NCBI GenBank assembly: GCA_963828165.1
Contig: CAWHDR010000001.1
Location: forward strand, 1,107,543-1,171,542
Length of the DNA stretch: 64,000 nucleotides
Source of the DNA: an uncultured Chloroflexia bacterium
GTDB taxonomy: Bacteria; Chloroflexota; Limnocylindria; Limnocylindrales; CSP1-4
Direction: 5' to 3'
Shown here: positions 7,629-16,403 of the stretch, piece after piece
How the letters are laid out: the number at the start of each line of letters is the position of its first letter
How positions within the stretch are numbered: position 1 is the first letter of the stretch
Notes under the pieces: model-generated
Told to the model about the DNA's origin: nothing
What the model saw: only the letters and a program-made list of their open reading frames with translations
Database searches by the model: none
Translations under genes and position numbers: made by a program

Positions 7629-8920
7629 CGGCCCTCGACGCGCGCTCCGCGCGGCGGCGCTACCTGATCCTTCTGGCCCTTCGCTGGCTCCCGACGGGGC
7701 TGCTCATCCCGATCTTCGTGCTGCTGCCGCTCTCGCGCGGACTGTCGCTGACCGAGATCGGGATCGTCTTCTCCGTCCAGGGCTTCGTCGTGCTCGCTCT
7801 CGAGCTGCCGACCGGTGGTCTGTCCGACTCACTCGGTCGTCGGCCGGTCCTCATCCTCGCGAGCTTCATCGGCCTGGCGTCGCTCGCGCTCTTCTTCCTC
7901 GCCGACTCGGTCGGGATGTTCGCGGCGGCGATGTTCCTGCAGGGCATCTACCGCGCGCTCGACAGCGGCCCGCTCGAGGCCTGGTATGTCGACGCGACGC
8001 TCGCGGCGGACCGCGAGGCGCGGATCGAGTCGGGTCTCGGGGCCGGAAGCACGGTGCTCAGTCTCGCGATCGCGACCGGGGCGCTGCTGTCGGGCGGTCT
8101 CATCGCACTCGACCCGTTCCCGACGATCGAGACGCTCGCCCTGCCTCTCCTGGTGGCCCTCGGTCTCCACGGGGTCGGCCTCGTCGCCAACGTGACGCTC
8201 ATGCGGGAGGTCCGAACCGCCCGCGGCGCCCGCGCGATCGCGAGCTCCGTCGCGGCCGTGCCCGCGGTCATCCGCGACGGTCTTCGTCTCCTCCGTGCCT
8301 CGCCCGTGCTGCTGGCCTTGATCCTCGTGGAGCTCTTCTGGGGCTTCTCGATGGTCACCTTCGAGGGCCTGTTCCCGATCCGCCTCGCCGAGGTGGTCGG
8401 TGACACCGCCCAGGCGGCCGCCTTGATGGGCCCGGTGAGCTCCGGAGCGTGGTTCGCGTCGGCGGCCGGAGCGGCGGTGATCACGGTGGTGAGCCGCCGC
8501 ATCGGCGTCGCCCGGTCGGGAGCCATCCTGCGCATCCTCCAGGGGCTGACGATCGTGGGGATGGGCCTGCTCGCGGGGCCCGTCGGCGTCGTGATGGCCT
8601 ACCTGGCGTGTTACATCGTCCACGGCGCCTCGAACCCGATGCACACGACCCTGCTCCACCGGCAGGTCGATGGTCCACATCGGACGACCGTCCTGTCGAT
8701 GAATTCGATGATCAGCCAGCCGGCCGGTGCCATCGGCGCGATCGTGCTCGCCGCCCTGGCCGACGGAACGTCCGTGGCGACCGCCATGGTCGTCGGCGGC
8801 ATCCTGTGCGCCGTCGCGGCGCCGCTCTACATCCCGGCCTGGCGCGCCGAGAAGGCGCGCGGGACGGTCCCCGAGGAGCTCCCGCCGTCTGCGTCGGAGG
8901 TGTCAGACTCCGCCGCGTGA
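7625..8920 (+). CDS. MFS transporter
   Basis: 431 aa with about 12 TM helices and the MFS loop motif GGLSDSLGRRPVL. Translationally coupled to the ArsR gene. Confidence 0.85.
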   Translation: MTALDARSARRRYLILLALRWLPTGLLIPIFVLLPLSRGLSLTEIGIVFSVQGFVVLALELPTGGLSDSLGRRPVLILASFIGLASLALFFLADSVGMFAAAMFLQGIYRALDSGPLEAWYVDATLAADREARIESGLGAGSTVLSLAIATGALLSGGLIALDPFPTIETLALPLLVALGLHGVGLVANVTLMREVRTARGARAIASSVAAVPAVIRDGLRLLRASPVLLALILVELFWGFSMVTFEGLFPIRLAEVVGDTAQAAALMGPVSSGAWFASAAGAAVITVVSRRIGVARSGAILRILQGLTIVGMGLLAGPVGVVMAYLACYIVHGASNPMHTTLLHRQVDGPHRTTVLSMNSMISQPAGAIGAIVLAALADGTSVATAMVVGGILCAVAAPLYIPAWRAEKARGTVPEELPPSASEVSDSAA

Positions 8921-9792
8921 CCGCCAACGGCCCGTTGAGCGTCGAGCGACACGCGACGGCAACGGACTTCCTCGACGCAGCCGGCGCCTTCCTGGTCGAG
9001 CGCGAGGCCGAGCACAACCTGATCTTCGGGATCTGCGCGACCCTGGCCGCCGACCCCGGGTACGCGAGCGAGCCCTATCTCGCCACGGTGTCGCAGGCGG
9101 GCCGCGTCGTCGGGGCCGCCGTGATGACGCCACCCTGGAACCTGGTGCTGTCGTGCATGGACGAGCCGGATGCGCCCACCGCGCTGGCGACCGACCTGGA
9201 CGCCCGCGGCATCTCGATCCCCGGCACGACGGGTCCGGTCGAGATCGCGAATCGATTCGCCGAGGGCTGGTGCCAGGCGCACGGTCTCGACCGGGGTCGC
9301 GGGATCGCCGAGCGGATCTACCGGCTGGAACGGGTCGTGCCACCCGACGGTGTCGCAGGCACGGCCCGCATCGCGAGCGAGGCCGATCGCGACCTGCTGG
9401 TCGACTGGGTCGACGCGTTCCTGCTCGAGGCGCTCGACCGAGCCGAGGCCGGGGCTGCCGCGGCGCTGGTCGATCGGTCGTTCCGGACCGGCACCCGCAC
9501 CTGGTACCTGTGGGATGACGGCGAGCCGGTCTCTGTCGCGGCCGCCGGTGGCCCGACGCCGAACGGGATCCGTATCGGGCCGGTCTACACGCCACCGGAT
9601 CGGCGCCGGCACGGCTATGCGAGCGCGCTCACCGCCGCGGCCAGCCAGGCAGAGCTCGACAAGGGGCGGCGGTTCGTCTTCCTCTTCACCGACCTGGCGA
9701 ACCCGACCTCGAACAAGATCTACCAGGCGATCGGCTACGAGCCCGTGATCGACGTCGACCAGATCACGTTCGTGCCCGCCGACCGGGGTTAG
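8917..9792 (+). CDS. GNAT-family N-acetyltransferase
   Basis: The GTG start overlaps the MFS stop (GTGA). The C-terminal acetyl-CoA fold reads IGPVYTPPDRRRHGYASALTAAASQAEL...FLFTDLANPTSNKIYQAIGYE. Confidence 0.8.
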   Translation: MTANGPLSVERHATATDFLDAAGAFLVEREAEHNLIFGICATLAADPGYASEPYLATVSQAGRVVGAAVMTPPWNLVLSCMDEPDAPTALATDLDARGISIPGTTGPVEIANRFAEGWCQAHGLDRGRGIAERIYRLERVVPPDGVAGTARIASEADRDLLVDWVDAFLLEALDRAEAGAAAALVDRSFRTGTRTWYLWDDGEPVSVAAAGGPTPNGIRIGPVYTPPDRRRHGYASALTAAASQAELDKGRRFVFLFTDLANPTSNKIYQAIGYEPVIDVDQITFVPADRG

Positions 9793-10586
9793 CCCGCCTC
9801 GTCCGCGTCGGGGCTCGAGATCCCTTCCAGGCGAGCCCGCAGGAGCTCCGTGCCGGCTGCATCCGCGACCCGGCACGACCAGCCGCCGTCGTTCCCGCGC
9901 CAGGTGACGGCATCCACCGCCGCGCCGGACTCGGCCGCACGAGCGTACTCGAGGCGCGCGCGCCGCGGGATCGCCCGGACGTCTGTCAGCCCGCCGGCCG
10001 CGATGACCTGCTCGTCGAGCCAGTCGGCATAGACGGCGTTGTTGACGTGGTCCATCGGATCGAGCTCCTGCGGCCGGACCGAGAACCGCGACGACCGGGC
10101 TGCCGGCGGAGGTTCCGCCAGCGGCACGCGCGCCAGGGCGAACGGCGCGTCCGGCGCCCCGAATACCGGTTGGAAGTCGAGCGGCACGCGCGTCGGGGCG
10201 CCACGCTCGTCGAGGAGCACCCAGTCGACGTGCGTCCACGCGACGAGCATGCTGGCGCCATCCACGAAATCGGTCCGTCGCCGCGCCCAGACCCGGCGCC
10301 AGCCGACGACCCGGGTCGTTCCGGTCAATCCGTCACCGACGCGGACCGGCGCCTCCACGGCGACCTCTGCGGTTCGGGCCAGCCAGGTGAGACCCCGCTC
10401 GCGATACCAGTCGCGGTCGAAGCCACGGCTCGCGGAGTGAAACCAGGCCAGGTCCTGGGCGTAGCGCAGCAGGACGGACGTCCGCAGCAGGCCGTCGGGG
10501 CCCGCCTCGTCGAAACGGACCCGGAACGGCGCCGAGCAGGCGTCGGGCTCACCGGGCGCTCGGGTGGCTGGGTCCTCGGCCGTCAC
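9789..10586 (-). CDS. Acyl-ACP thioesterase-like (double hot-dog) protein
   Basis: 265 aa from the GTG at 10586: FRVRFDEAGPDGLLRTSVLLRYAQDLAWFHS... and the second repeat FSVRPQELDPMDHVNNAVYADWLDE. The upstream part of the 435-aa ORF is junk. Confidence 0.75.
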   Translation of the reverse strand: MTAEDPATRAPGEPDACSAPFRVRFDEAGPDGLLRTSVLLRYAQDLAWFHSASRGFDRDWYRERGLTWLARTAEVAVEAPVRVGDGLTGTTRVVGWRRVWARRRTDFVDGASMLVAWTHVDWVLLDERGAPTRVPLDFQPVFGAPDAPFALARVPLAEPPPAARSSRFSVRPQELDPMDHVNNAVYADWLDEQVIAAGGLTDVRAIPRRARLEYARAAESGAAVDAVTWRGNDGGWSCRVADAAGTELLRARLEGISSPDADEAG

Positions 10587-11260
10587 GGGGCCACCGCCGC
10601 GATGCGATCGAGGGCCTCGAGCGGCACGATCGTCGTGCCGGTACGCGGCGCGTACTGACGCTCGAGGCGCACCTCGCACGATCGCTCCGCATCGAACACC
10701 ACGAGCGCCACGCGAAGTGCCTCGTCCTCGTCGGCCGCGTGACTGCGCGCGTCGTCCAGCTGGTGGAGGACGTCGTCGTTGATCCCGCGCGCCCCCCATT
10801 TGCAGTCGTAGGCCTCCGCCGCGCCTTCCCGTTCGACGGTCACGTCGTACGGATGGACCTCCGACCGCACGCCGTCGAACAGGATCCGTCGCTCCCGCCG
10901 AACGGCCGCTTCGCCGACGCGACGCGCCAGCAGGATGGCGGTCAGCTCCTCGACGATCGCGCCGCGGAACTGGCTGCGGACCTGTTCTCCCCGCTCGGCG
11001 ACCTCCAGGCTGGCGGCAAGGATGGCCTCGGAGCGCGTCCGTTCGTCGCCGGCTGGGACGGACACGCCGAACAGCGTGGGGAACATCGCGAGCCAACCCG
11101 TGACATCGGTCGTCTCACCGTTCATCGCCGCCCGCGCCAGGACGCGCTGCGACGGGGTCGCGTCGGCGAGGAGCGTCGCCGCTCGCTTCGCGAGCGGGTC
11201 GGCCTGGATCCCCGCGTACACGATCGCGCGGCCGTCGCGCGCGGCGTCCTGGAACCTCAT
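10583..11260 (-). CDS. Hypothetical protein with PD-(D/E)xK nuclease-like motifs
   Basis: 225 aa. Helix E (GAIVEELTAILL), then HPYDVTVEREGAAEAYDCKWG, which gives D ... D-x-K spacing typical of restriction-endonuclease-like folds. The stop overlaps the thioesterase start (GTGA). Confidence 0.6.
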   Translation of the reverse strand: MRFQDAARDGRAIVYAGIQADPLAKRAATLLADATPSQRVLARAAMNGETTDVTGWLAMFPTLFGVSVPAGDERTRSEAILAASLEVAERGEQVRSQFRGAIVEELTAILLARRVGEAAVRRERRILFDGVRSEVHPYDVTVEREGAAEAYDCKWGARGINDDVLHQLDDARSHAADEDEALRVALVVFDAERSCEVRLERQYAPRTGTTIVPLEALDRIAAVAP

Positions 11261-11559
11261 GGCGTCTCGCCGAGGGCCAGCAGGGCGACCTGCGGGAAGG
11301 TCGACAGCCAGTCGATCGCGCGGTGCGGGTCGGTGATGCGGTCGACCTCGTCGATCAAGCGGTCGATGGCGGCGTCGACGGCGGGGTCCAGGGGTGCGCT
11401 CGTCCCCGACCCGGCTGCCAGCTCGAGGCGCTCGCGCCAGGCGGACGACAGGTCATCGACATACGACCACTCGTCCTCGACTTCCTCGGCCCGCTCGGTC
11501 AGCCGCGCATAGGCCGCAAGGGCGCGATCGATCGCCTGGTCGACAGTCGCAGATGCCAT
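11257..11559 (-). CDS. Small acidic hypothetical protein
   Basis: 100 aa, helical and acidic (EEVEDEWSYVDDLSSAWRERLE). The stop overlaps the start of 10583..11260 (ATGA). Confidence 0.55.
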   Translation of the reverse strand: MASATVDQAIDRALAAYARLTERAEEVEDEWSYVDDLSSAWRERLELAAGSGTSAPLDPAVDAAIDRLIDEVDRITDPHRAIDWLSTFPQVALLALGETP

Positions 11560-11601
11560 GTTCGAAGCGTACGACCGGTGTGGCCGTCGCGCTCCCGAGG
11601 A

Positions 11602-11895
11602 TCAGTCCTGGACGCTCGCCGCTCGATGCCGCTGGCGACCCATCACCCGACCAAGGGTCCGTGTCCTGCCGCGTCCAAGCTTGGCCTCGGCGGCGGTCGG
11701 TCGCTCGGCGCGCCGAAGCAGGGCTTCGAGCTCCCGATGGGCCCGGTCATCCCATGATCGGGAATAGGCTGCCGTCGCCCGTTGTCGCACGAGTCGAGCC
11801 TCGCCCCGATCCCCGGCCTCCTCGAGGAGGGCCACGCGGTCGAGGATGGCGCGGTACAGCGTCGGTAGATCCTCGGCGCGAGAGTTTGGCTCCAT
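11602..11895 (-). CDS. Hypothetical protein (97 aa)
   Basis: Start set at M45 of ORF 11602..12027. Helical N-terminus and basic C-terminus. No family recognised. Confidence 0.4.
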   Translation of the reverse strand: MEPNSRAEDLPTLYRAILDRVALLEEAGDRGEARLVRQRATAAYSRSWDDRAHRELEALLRRAERPTAAEAKLGRGRTRTLGRVMGRQRHRAASVQD

Positions 11896-11968
11896 CGTGC
11901 GAAGACGATGCCGGACGATGGTCCCAACCGAAATAGCCCAGCGGTCCCACTCAGGCGAGGCGATGGGG

Positions 11969-12271
11969 TCAGTCACCCCGATGACCGCCGGCACGGATGC
12001 CGAAGTCGCGCAGGTCCCCCGTCGCACTGCTCCACGTCGCGCTGACCCGCTCGACGAGTGCGCCGGCCGGTCCGAGCTCCATCGATTCGAGCAGCGCCTC
12101 GAGGTCGTCGCGCGGGCCTTCCGCCACGCATCGCACCGATCCGTCCAATTCGTTCGCGACCCAGCCGCTCAACCCCAGCTCCATCCCGCGGCGCAGGACG
12201 AAGTATCGAAAGCCCACGCCCTGGACCCGGCCACGGGCCGTGGCCTCGAGGCGGACCTGATCCGAGGTCAC
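11969..12271 (-). CDS. acyP: Acylphosphatase
   Basis: 100 aa from GTG 12271. Signature RGRVQGVGFRYFV...GLSGWVANELDGSVRCVAEG. The GTG overlaps the holB stop (GTGA). Confidence 0.85.
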   Translation of the reverse strand: MTSDQVRLEATARGRVQGVGFRYFVLRRGMELGLSGWVANELDGSVRCVAEGPRDDLEALLESMELGPAGALVERVSATWSSATGDLRDFGIRAGGHRGD

Positions 12272-13443
12272 GCGGCGGCGTCGGCCGGTCGCGGCCAGGC
12301 CAGCGCCAGGTCGTCCAGGATCAGCTCGGGCGAGACGTTCGCCACGATCAGGACCGACGCGCGACCGAGGCGGTCGAGGAACGCATCCAGCTCGCGGGCG
12401 TCCATTCGCTGCCCGATCGCGGTCGTTTCGTCCAGCAGGCCGATGTCGCGGATGGATCGCTCGAGCCCGCGCCGGCACAACGCAAGGTCGCGCGCCGTGT
12501 CGGTCCAGAGCGCGATCAGGGCCTCGGCCGCGCGCCGGCGCTCGGCGGCCGGAGTTCTGACGCTGGTGCCACCTTCGTCGCCGGCGTCGCCGTTGGCGTC
12601 GACGCCATCGGACGCGGCGGTGCTCGTGGCTTTCACGACGACCGAGGCCGGCTCTCCTGCCCCTTCGCCCATCGCCGTGAGGGAGCCGGCACGAGCCACG
12701 GCCGCCCGCACGCCGGCCAGCCGCTCCGCCGGCCGCGCCGCGAGCAGGTCCAGCAGCGATCGACTCAATTCATCGCGGACCCGCAGCGCCTCGGGCTGAC
12801 GCGCCCAGGCCAGTGCAAGCCCTGGTCGTCCCGCGGTGATGCGGGCCAGGCGGCTCGCGAGCGGGGCGTCGGCGACCCCATGCTCGGCCAGGATGGCCTC
12901 GACGTCGCGGGTGGCGACCGGCCCGAGTCGGAGACGGGCGCAGCGCGAACGGATGGTCGGCAGCAGCGGCTCTTCGGCGTCCGCGCAGAGGATCAGCGTC
13001 ACCCTGGAAGGTGGCTCCTCCAGCGTCTTGAGCAAGGCGGCCTGCGCGTCCTCGTTCATGCGCTGGGCCGCCTCGACGATGGCCACCCGGGCCCCGCCCT
13101 CGACCGGCAGGAGCGCAAGGTCGGCGATGAGATCCCGGATCCCTCGGACACGAGCGCCGGGGCCGCCGATGACCACCTGGCGTCCCGGTCCCTCGGGACC
13201 GACCCGATGGACGTCGGGGTGGCCGCCCGAGGCGACCAACCGGCACGCGCGACACGATCCGCAGGGGCGGTCGGCCGGATCGTCCGCGGTGCACAGCAAT
13301 CCGGCGGCCAGATCCATTGCGAGCGTCGTCTTGCCGACGCCGGCGGGACCCACGAGCAGGACGGCATGGGGCGCTCCGCCACGGATCATCGAGCCGACCG
13401 CGGCGAGTGCCGCCGGCTGTCCGCGGGTCCGCGCCCCATCCAT
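12268..13443 (-). CDS. holB: DNA polymerase III delta-prime subunit
   Basis: 391 aa from ATG 13443: AVLLVGPAGVGKTTLA, zinc module CGSCRACRLVASGGHPD, NEDAQAALLKTLEEPP, SRC motif TIRSRC. It has an Ala/Gly/Asp-rich insertion before the C-terminal domain. Confidence 0.85.
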   Translation of the reverse strand: MDGARTRGQPAALAAVGSMIRGGAPHAVLLVGPAGVGKTTLAMDLAAGLLCTADDPADRPCGSCRACRLVASGGHPDVHRVGPEGPGRQVVIGGPGARVRGIRDLIADLALLPVEGGARVAIVEAAQRMNEDAQAALLKTLEEPPSRVTLILCADAEEPLLPTIRSRCARLRLGPVATRDVEAILAEHGVADAPLASRLARITAGRPGLALAWARQPEALRVRDELSRSLLDLLAARPAERLAGVRAAVARAGSLTAMGEGAGEPASVVVKATSTAASDGVDANGDAGDEGGTSVRTPAAERRRAAEALIALWTDTARDLALCRRGLERSIRDIGLLDETTAIGQRMDARELDAFLDRLGRASVLIVANVSPELILDDLALAWPRPADAAA

Positions 13444-13454
13444 CCTGGATTCGC

Positions 13455-15455
13455 TCAGGCGGGGTCGCTCGAGCTGGCTGCGGTCTTGCGAGTGGTCTTC
13501 CGCTTCGGCTTGGCCTCGGCCCCGGCGGCGTCCCCGGCTGCGCTGTCGGCGGCTGTGGCCGCGGTCTTGCGCGTGGTCCGTCGCTTGGGTGCGGGTGCTT
13601 CCGCGGATCCGGTGCCCGGATCGGTGCTGGCCGGGGCCGGCTCCGTCGCGGTTGCGCTCGTCGCCGCCTTCCGGGTGGAGCGTCGCTTCGGCGCGGCCGA
13701 CTGGCCGTCCTCGGCCGGCGCGACAGCGGACGCCGTCGTCTTGCGCGTGGTCCGTCGCTTCGGCGCTGCGGCCGTCGCAGCATCCTCGATGGCGGCTTCG
13801 GCCGTGATCGCCTCGGCTGGTGCGACCGCATCGGCCGCCACCGGACGGGTCTCGCTGGGGCGGGACTCCGAGGTGCCGGGCTTCTGGCTCACCTGCGCGC
13901 GCAGCATCGCCTCGAGCTCGGGCGGGACCTCGCTCCACGGCTCGCTCGACGAGGTCGCGCGCGGCGTGGCCTCGCGGGGGCGCTCGTCACGGCGGGCGGG
14001 TCCCCGGTCCTCGCGTGGTCCGCGGCTCGGTGCGGCGTTTCCGCCCGTCCGGCCGCTGACATCGGGGTAGCGGTTGATGCCGCCACCGCCACCGCCGCGT
14101 CCGTAGCGCTCGCGCTCGACCGCGGACTGGTACGCGGCCCGTCCGCCGCGCGGTCCCCCGCGGCCGCCCTGCGGGCTACGGGCGTTGCCGCCACGGGCCC
14201 CGCGGCGCTGCTCGGCGATGAGGTACTCGGGAATCTCCGGCTCGTCGAAATCCTCGTCGTCATCGCTGAGCGGAGTCAGGTTCGCAGAGCTCGGGGCCGC
14301 AGTCGTGCCGAGCTGCGAGTCCCACACCGATCCGAACGGAGTGGTTCGCGGGCCGCGCGGGGCCTGCGGCTCCTCCTCGATGTCGTCGGGATCCTCGTCC
14401 AGGTCGCGGGTCGGACCCGAGGCGGCCGATGAGGCCGCTGGGGCGGAACGGTCCGCGCTCGCGGGAGCGTCGATCGCCTCGTCACGCCCACGGCCACGAC
14501 CGCGGCCGCGTCCCCCACGACGGCGCCGACGGCGACCCGTCTCGTCCTCGCGGAGCTCGGTACCCTCGGCATCGTCGGCTCCGGCCGACTCGACCGGCTG
14601 GGGCGATCCGTCGGTCGACACGACCGCCGGCTCACCGAGATCATCGATCGTGAAGACCTCGGCGGCCGCCAGATCCGATTCGGTGAGGTTGCCGACCGCC
14701 TTCGAGAGGCGCTCCCCGGGCAGGGCGACGAGTCCGGCGTCGCTGTCGTGAGCGGCCCCGACCCCGTTCGTGGCGACGGCTCCGGCGCGACCGCGTCCGC
14801 CGCGCGAGCGCGATGTCGTCGAGGTCACGGGCTCCGCCTCGCCGGAGCGGCCACGACCGCGCCCGCCGCGACCACGACCGCCGCGACCGAGCCCGGTGCC
14901 CTCCGTCTGCTTGTCGGGAACCTCCGTCATCGACAGGTCCGCGTCATCGTCCGCCACGCGGCGGCCGGAGCGGGAACCCTTCTCGACGCGCGCGAGCTGG
15001 GTGATGTCGGTGAACAGGTCCGCGACCTCGATGAGGTCCGATGAGGTGTTGCCGCGGAAGCTGATGACCTCGCAGCGTACGCCCATCTCCTGGACGGCAC
15101 GGATCGCCGGGGCGAAGTCGCCGTCGCCCGACACGACGATCGCGATATCCAGGTTCCGGGCCGTCTTCATCATGTCGACGACGAGCTCGATATCGAGGTT
15201 GGCCTTGACCTTGCCGTCGCCGTACTTGCGGATGTCCTTGCTGACGACCTTGTACCCATGACGGCGCAGGAAGTCGTGGAAATTGCGCTGGTTCTCGTTT
15301 TCCGGGTCCAGCCCGGTGTATGCGTAGGCACGCACGAGATCGCGCCCGGCCGAGGCCGACTTGAGAAGCGTGACGTAATCGATGTCCACGCCGGCGGCCT
15401 TTGCCGCAAAGAAGATGTTCGCCACGTCTACGAAGACGGCGACGTTTTTGCTCAC
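13455..15455 (-). CDS. NYN (LabA/DUF88, PIN-like) domain protein with ~490-aa disordered RGG/acidic/basic-repeat tail
   Basis: GTG 15455 is preceded by AAGGAG with a 6-nt spacer. The N-terminal ~170 aa read NVAVFVDVANIFF...YKVVSKDIRKYGDGKVKANLDIELVVDMM...DIAIVVSGDGDFAPAIRAVQEMGVRCEVISF, a NYN fold. The rest is low-complexity. Confidence 0.8.
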   Translation of the reverse strand: MSKNVAVFVDVANIFFAAKAAGVDIDYVTLLKSASAGRDLVRAYAYTGLDPENENQRNFHDFLRRHGYKVVSKDIRKYGDGKVKANLDIELVVDMMKTARNLDIAIVVSGDGDFAPAIRAVQEMGVRCEVISFRGNTSSDLIEVADLFTDITQLARVEKGSRSGRRVADDDADLSMTEVPDKQTEGTGLGRGGRGRGGRGRGRSGEAEPVTSTTSRSRGGRGRAGAVATNGVGAAHDSDAGLVALPGERLSKAVGNLTESDLAAAEVFTIDDLGEPAVVSTDGSPQPVESAGADDAEGTELREDETGRRRRRRGGRGRGRGRGRDEAIDAPASADRSAPAASSAASGPTRDLDEDPDDIEEEPQAPRGPRTTPFGSVWDSQLGTTAAPSSANLTPLSDDDEDFDEPEIPEYLIAEQRRGARGGNARSPQGGRGGPRGGRAAYQSAVERERYGRGGGGGGINRYPDVSGRTGGNAAPSRGPREDRGPARRDERPREATPRATSSSEPWSEVPPELEAMLRAQVSQKPGTSESRPSETRPVAADAVAPAEAITAEAAIEDAATAAAPKRRTTRKTTASAVAPAEDGQSAAPKRRSTRKAATSATATEPAPASTDPGTGSAEAPAPKRRTTRKTAATAADSAAGDAAGAEAKPKRKTTRKTAASSSDPA
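13458..13766 (-). repeat. Coding repeat: four dispersed copies of P-K-R-(R/K)-(T/S)-T-R-K-(T/A) in the C-terminus of the NYN protein
   Basis: The peptides APKRRTTRKT, APKRRSTRKA, APKRRTTRKT and KPKRKTTRKT are separated by Ala/Thr/Ser/Asp spacers. On the plus strand they appear as recurring ggtcttgcgcgtggtccgtcgcttcgg-like units. Confidence 0.75.
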
Positions 15456-15522
15456 GAATGACTCCTTGGTCCGATATATGGCGCTCGGCCGGCGCGATCG
15501 CGCTGCTCGGCGGAGCGTTGAG

Positions 15523-15987
15523 CTAGGTGCGGCGCGCCGTGATTCCCACCGCGGCCACGGTTCGTTGGATGCGCGGACCGGCGAGCGCAAAACCTTGCGC
15601 CGCCCAGCGGCCCAGGGCCGCCGGATCGTCCGGGCGGACTGCCTCCACGAGGGTGCAGCCTTTGTTGCTCGCCGAGCGGATGAGGTCCTCGAGGAGGGCG
15701 TCCGTCACGCGGTCCGCGTCATGGTCGGGGTCGACGACCAGAAGGTCGATCGTGCCGACGAAGCCGCCAGCACGTACCGAGGGCCGTAGGGCCAAGACGG
15801 CCCCACCTACGACGACACGCTGCGTCTCGGCCACGAAGATGCTGGCCTGCGGAAGGTACACCAGCTGGCGCATGAGGTCCGCCGCATCGAGCGGGCTGGC
15901 ACCACGGTCCACACGAAGGTCACCGTCGCTCAATGCGACGAGACGGTCGATATCCGTGACACGGGCTGCTCGGATCAGGTATTCCAC
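15523..15987 (-). CDS. GNAT-family acetyltransferase
   Basis: 154 aa from the GTG at 15987: IFVAETQRVVVGGAVLALRPS...GTIDLLVVDPDHDADRVTDALLEDLIRSASNKGC. Confidence 0.7.
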   Translation of the reverse strand: MEYLIRAARVTDIDRLVALSDGDLRVDRGASPLDAADLMRQLVYLPQASIFVAETQRVVVGGAVLALRPSVRAGGFVGTIDLLVVDPDHDADRVTDALLEDLIRSASNKGCTLVEAVRPDDPAALGRWAAQGFALAGPRIQRTVAAVGITARRT

Positions 15988-16403
15988 GCCGAAGGTTCGT
16001 ACCTCGCAGGACGGCGACCCGTCGCCCCTCGACCTGGGTCGTTGTGACCCTGGGCCGGTACCTCCTGGCCTGCGGACCCTGCCAACGGCGAGCATGAAGC
16101 TCGCGACACGCGCGAGGCGCACGGCGGGGGTGCGGCCGACCGGTATTGCATTCAGGTCGCCGGTGGCTATGATACGGCATCGTTTCGGCGGTCACCTGCG
16201 CACCGCCCGAACACGGTCCTGCATCGCCGTCCGTCACGCACCGCCGCTCGCCCCGTCGACGCCCTGGGAGGGCACCGTCGGTGGGACGCGAGCACGAGGG
16301 CGACGGGCGAGCCTCGCATCTCCGTTTCGGGAGCTGGCGGGAAGGCCCCGGCCGAAGGTCGCTCCGGAACCGCCGGACGATCGGACACTCAGGAGGAGAA
16401 TGC

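Noticed and set aside
8827-10239. 470-aa minus ORF across the GNAT and thioesterase genes. Similar long ORFs occur at 25004..26680(-), 21004..22542(-), 22073..23278(-), 23964..25469(-), 17648..18643(-), 19665..21080(-) and 48708..50504(+).
   Set aside because: Each lies antisense to, or out of frame with, a gene that has clear family motifs. Their compositions are typical of high-GC frame shadows.
13458-13770. Regularly spaced ~27-nt repeats that could superficially resemble a CRISPR array.
   Set aside because: The repeats are in-frame coding repeats (PKRRTTRKT) inside a long ORF. The spacers are of unequal length and Ala/Thr-rich, and no cas genes are present.
12058-14070. 670-aa plus-strand ORF, with overlapping 323-371-aa plus ORFs, across holB and the NYN gene.
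   Set aside because: It is Arg/Gly/Ser-rich with no recognisable domain. The minus strand encodes holB (Walker A, SRC motif) and the NYN protein, each with a proper SD and start.
16123-16403. 280-nt leader upstream of livJ containing CCGAAGG and GGAG/CTCC pairings, considered as a glycine-type or other riboswitch.
   Set aside because: I could not assemble the conserved cores of any riboswitch class I know. It is left as an ordinary leader/promoter region pending an Rfam scan.
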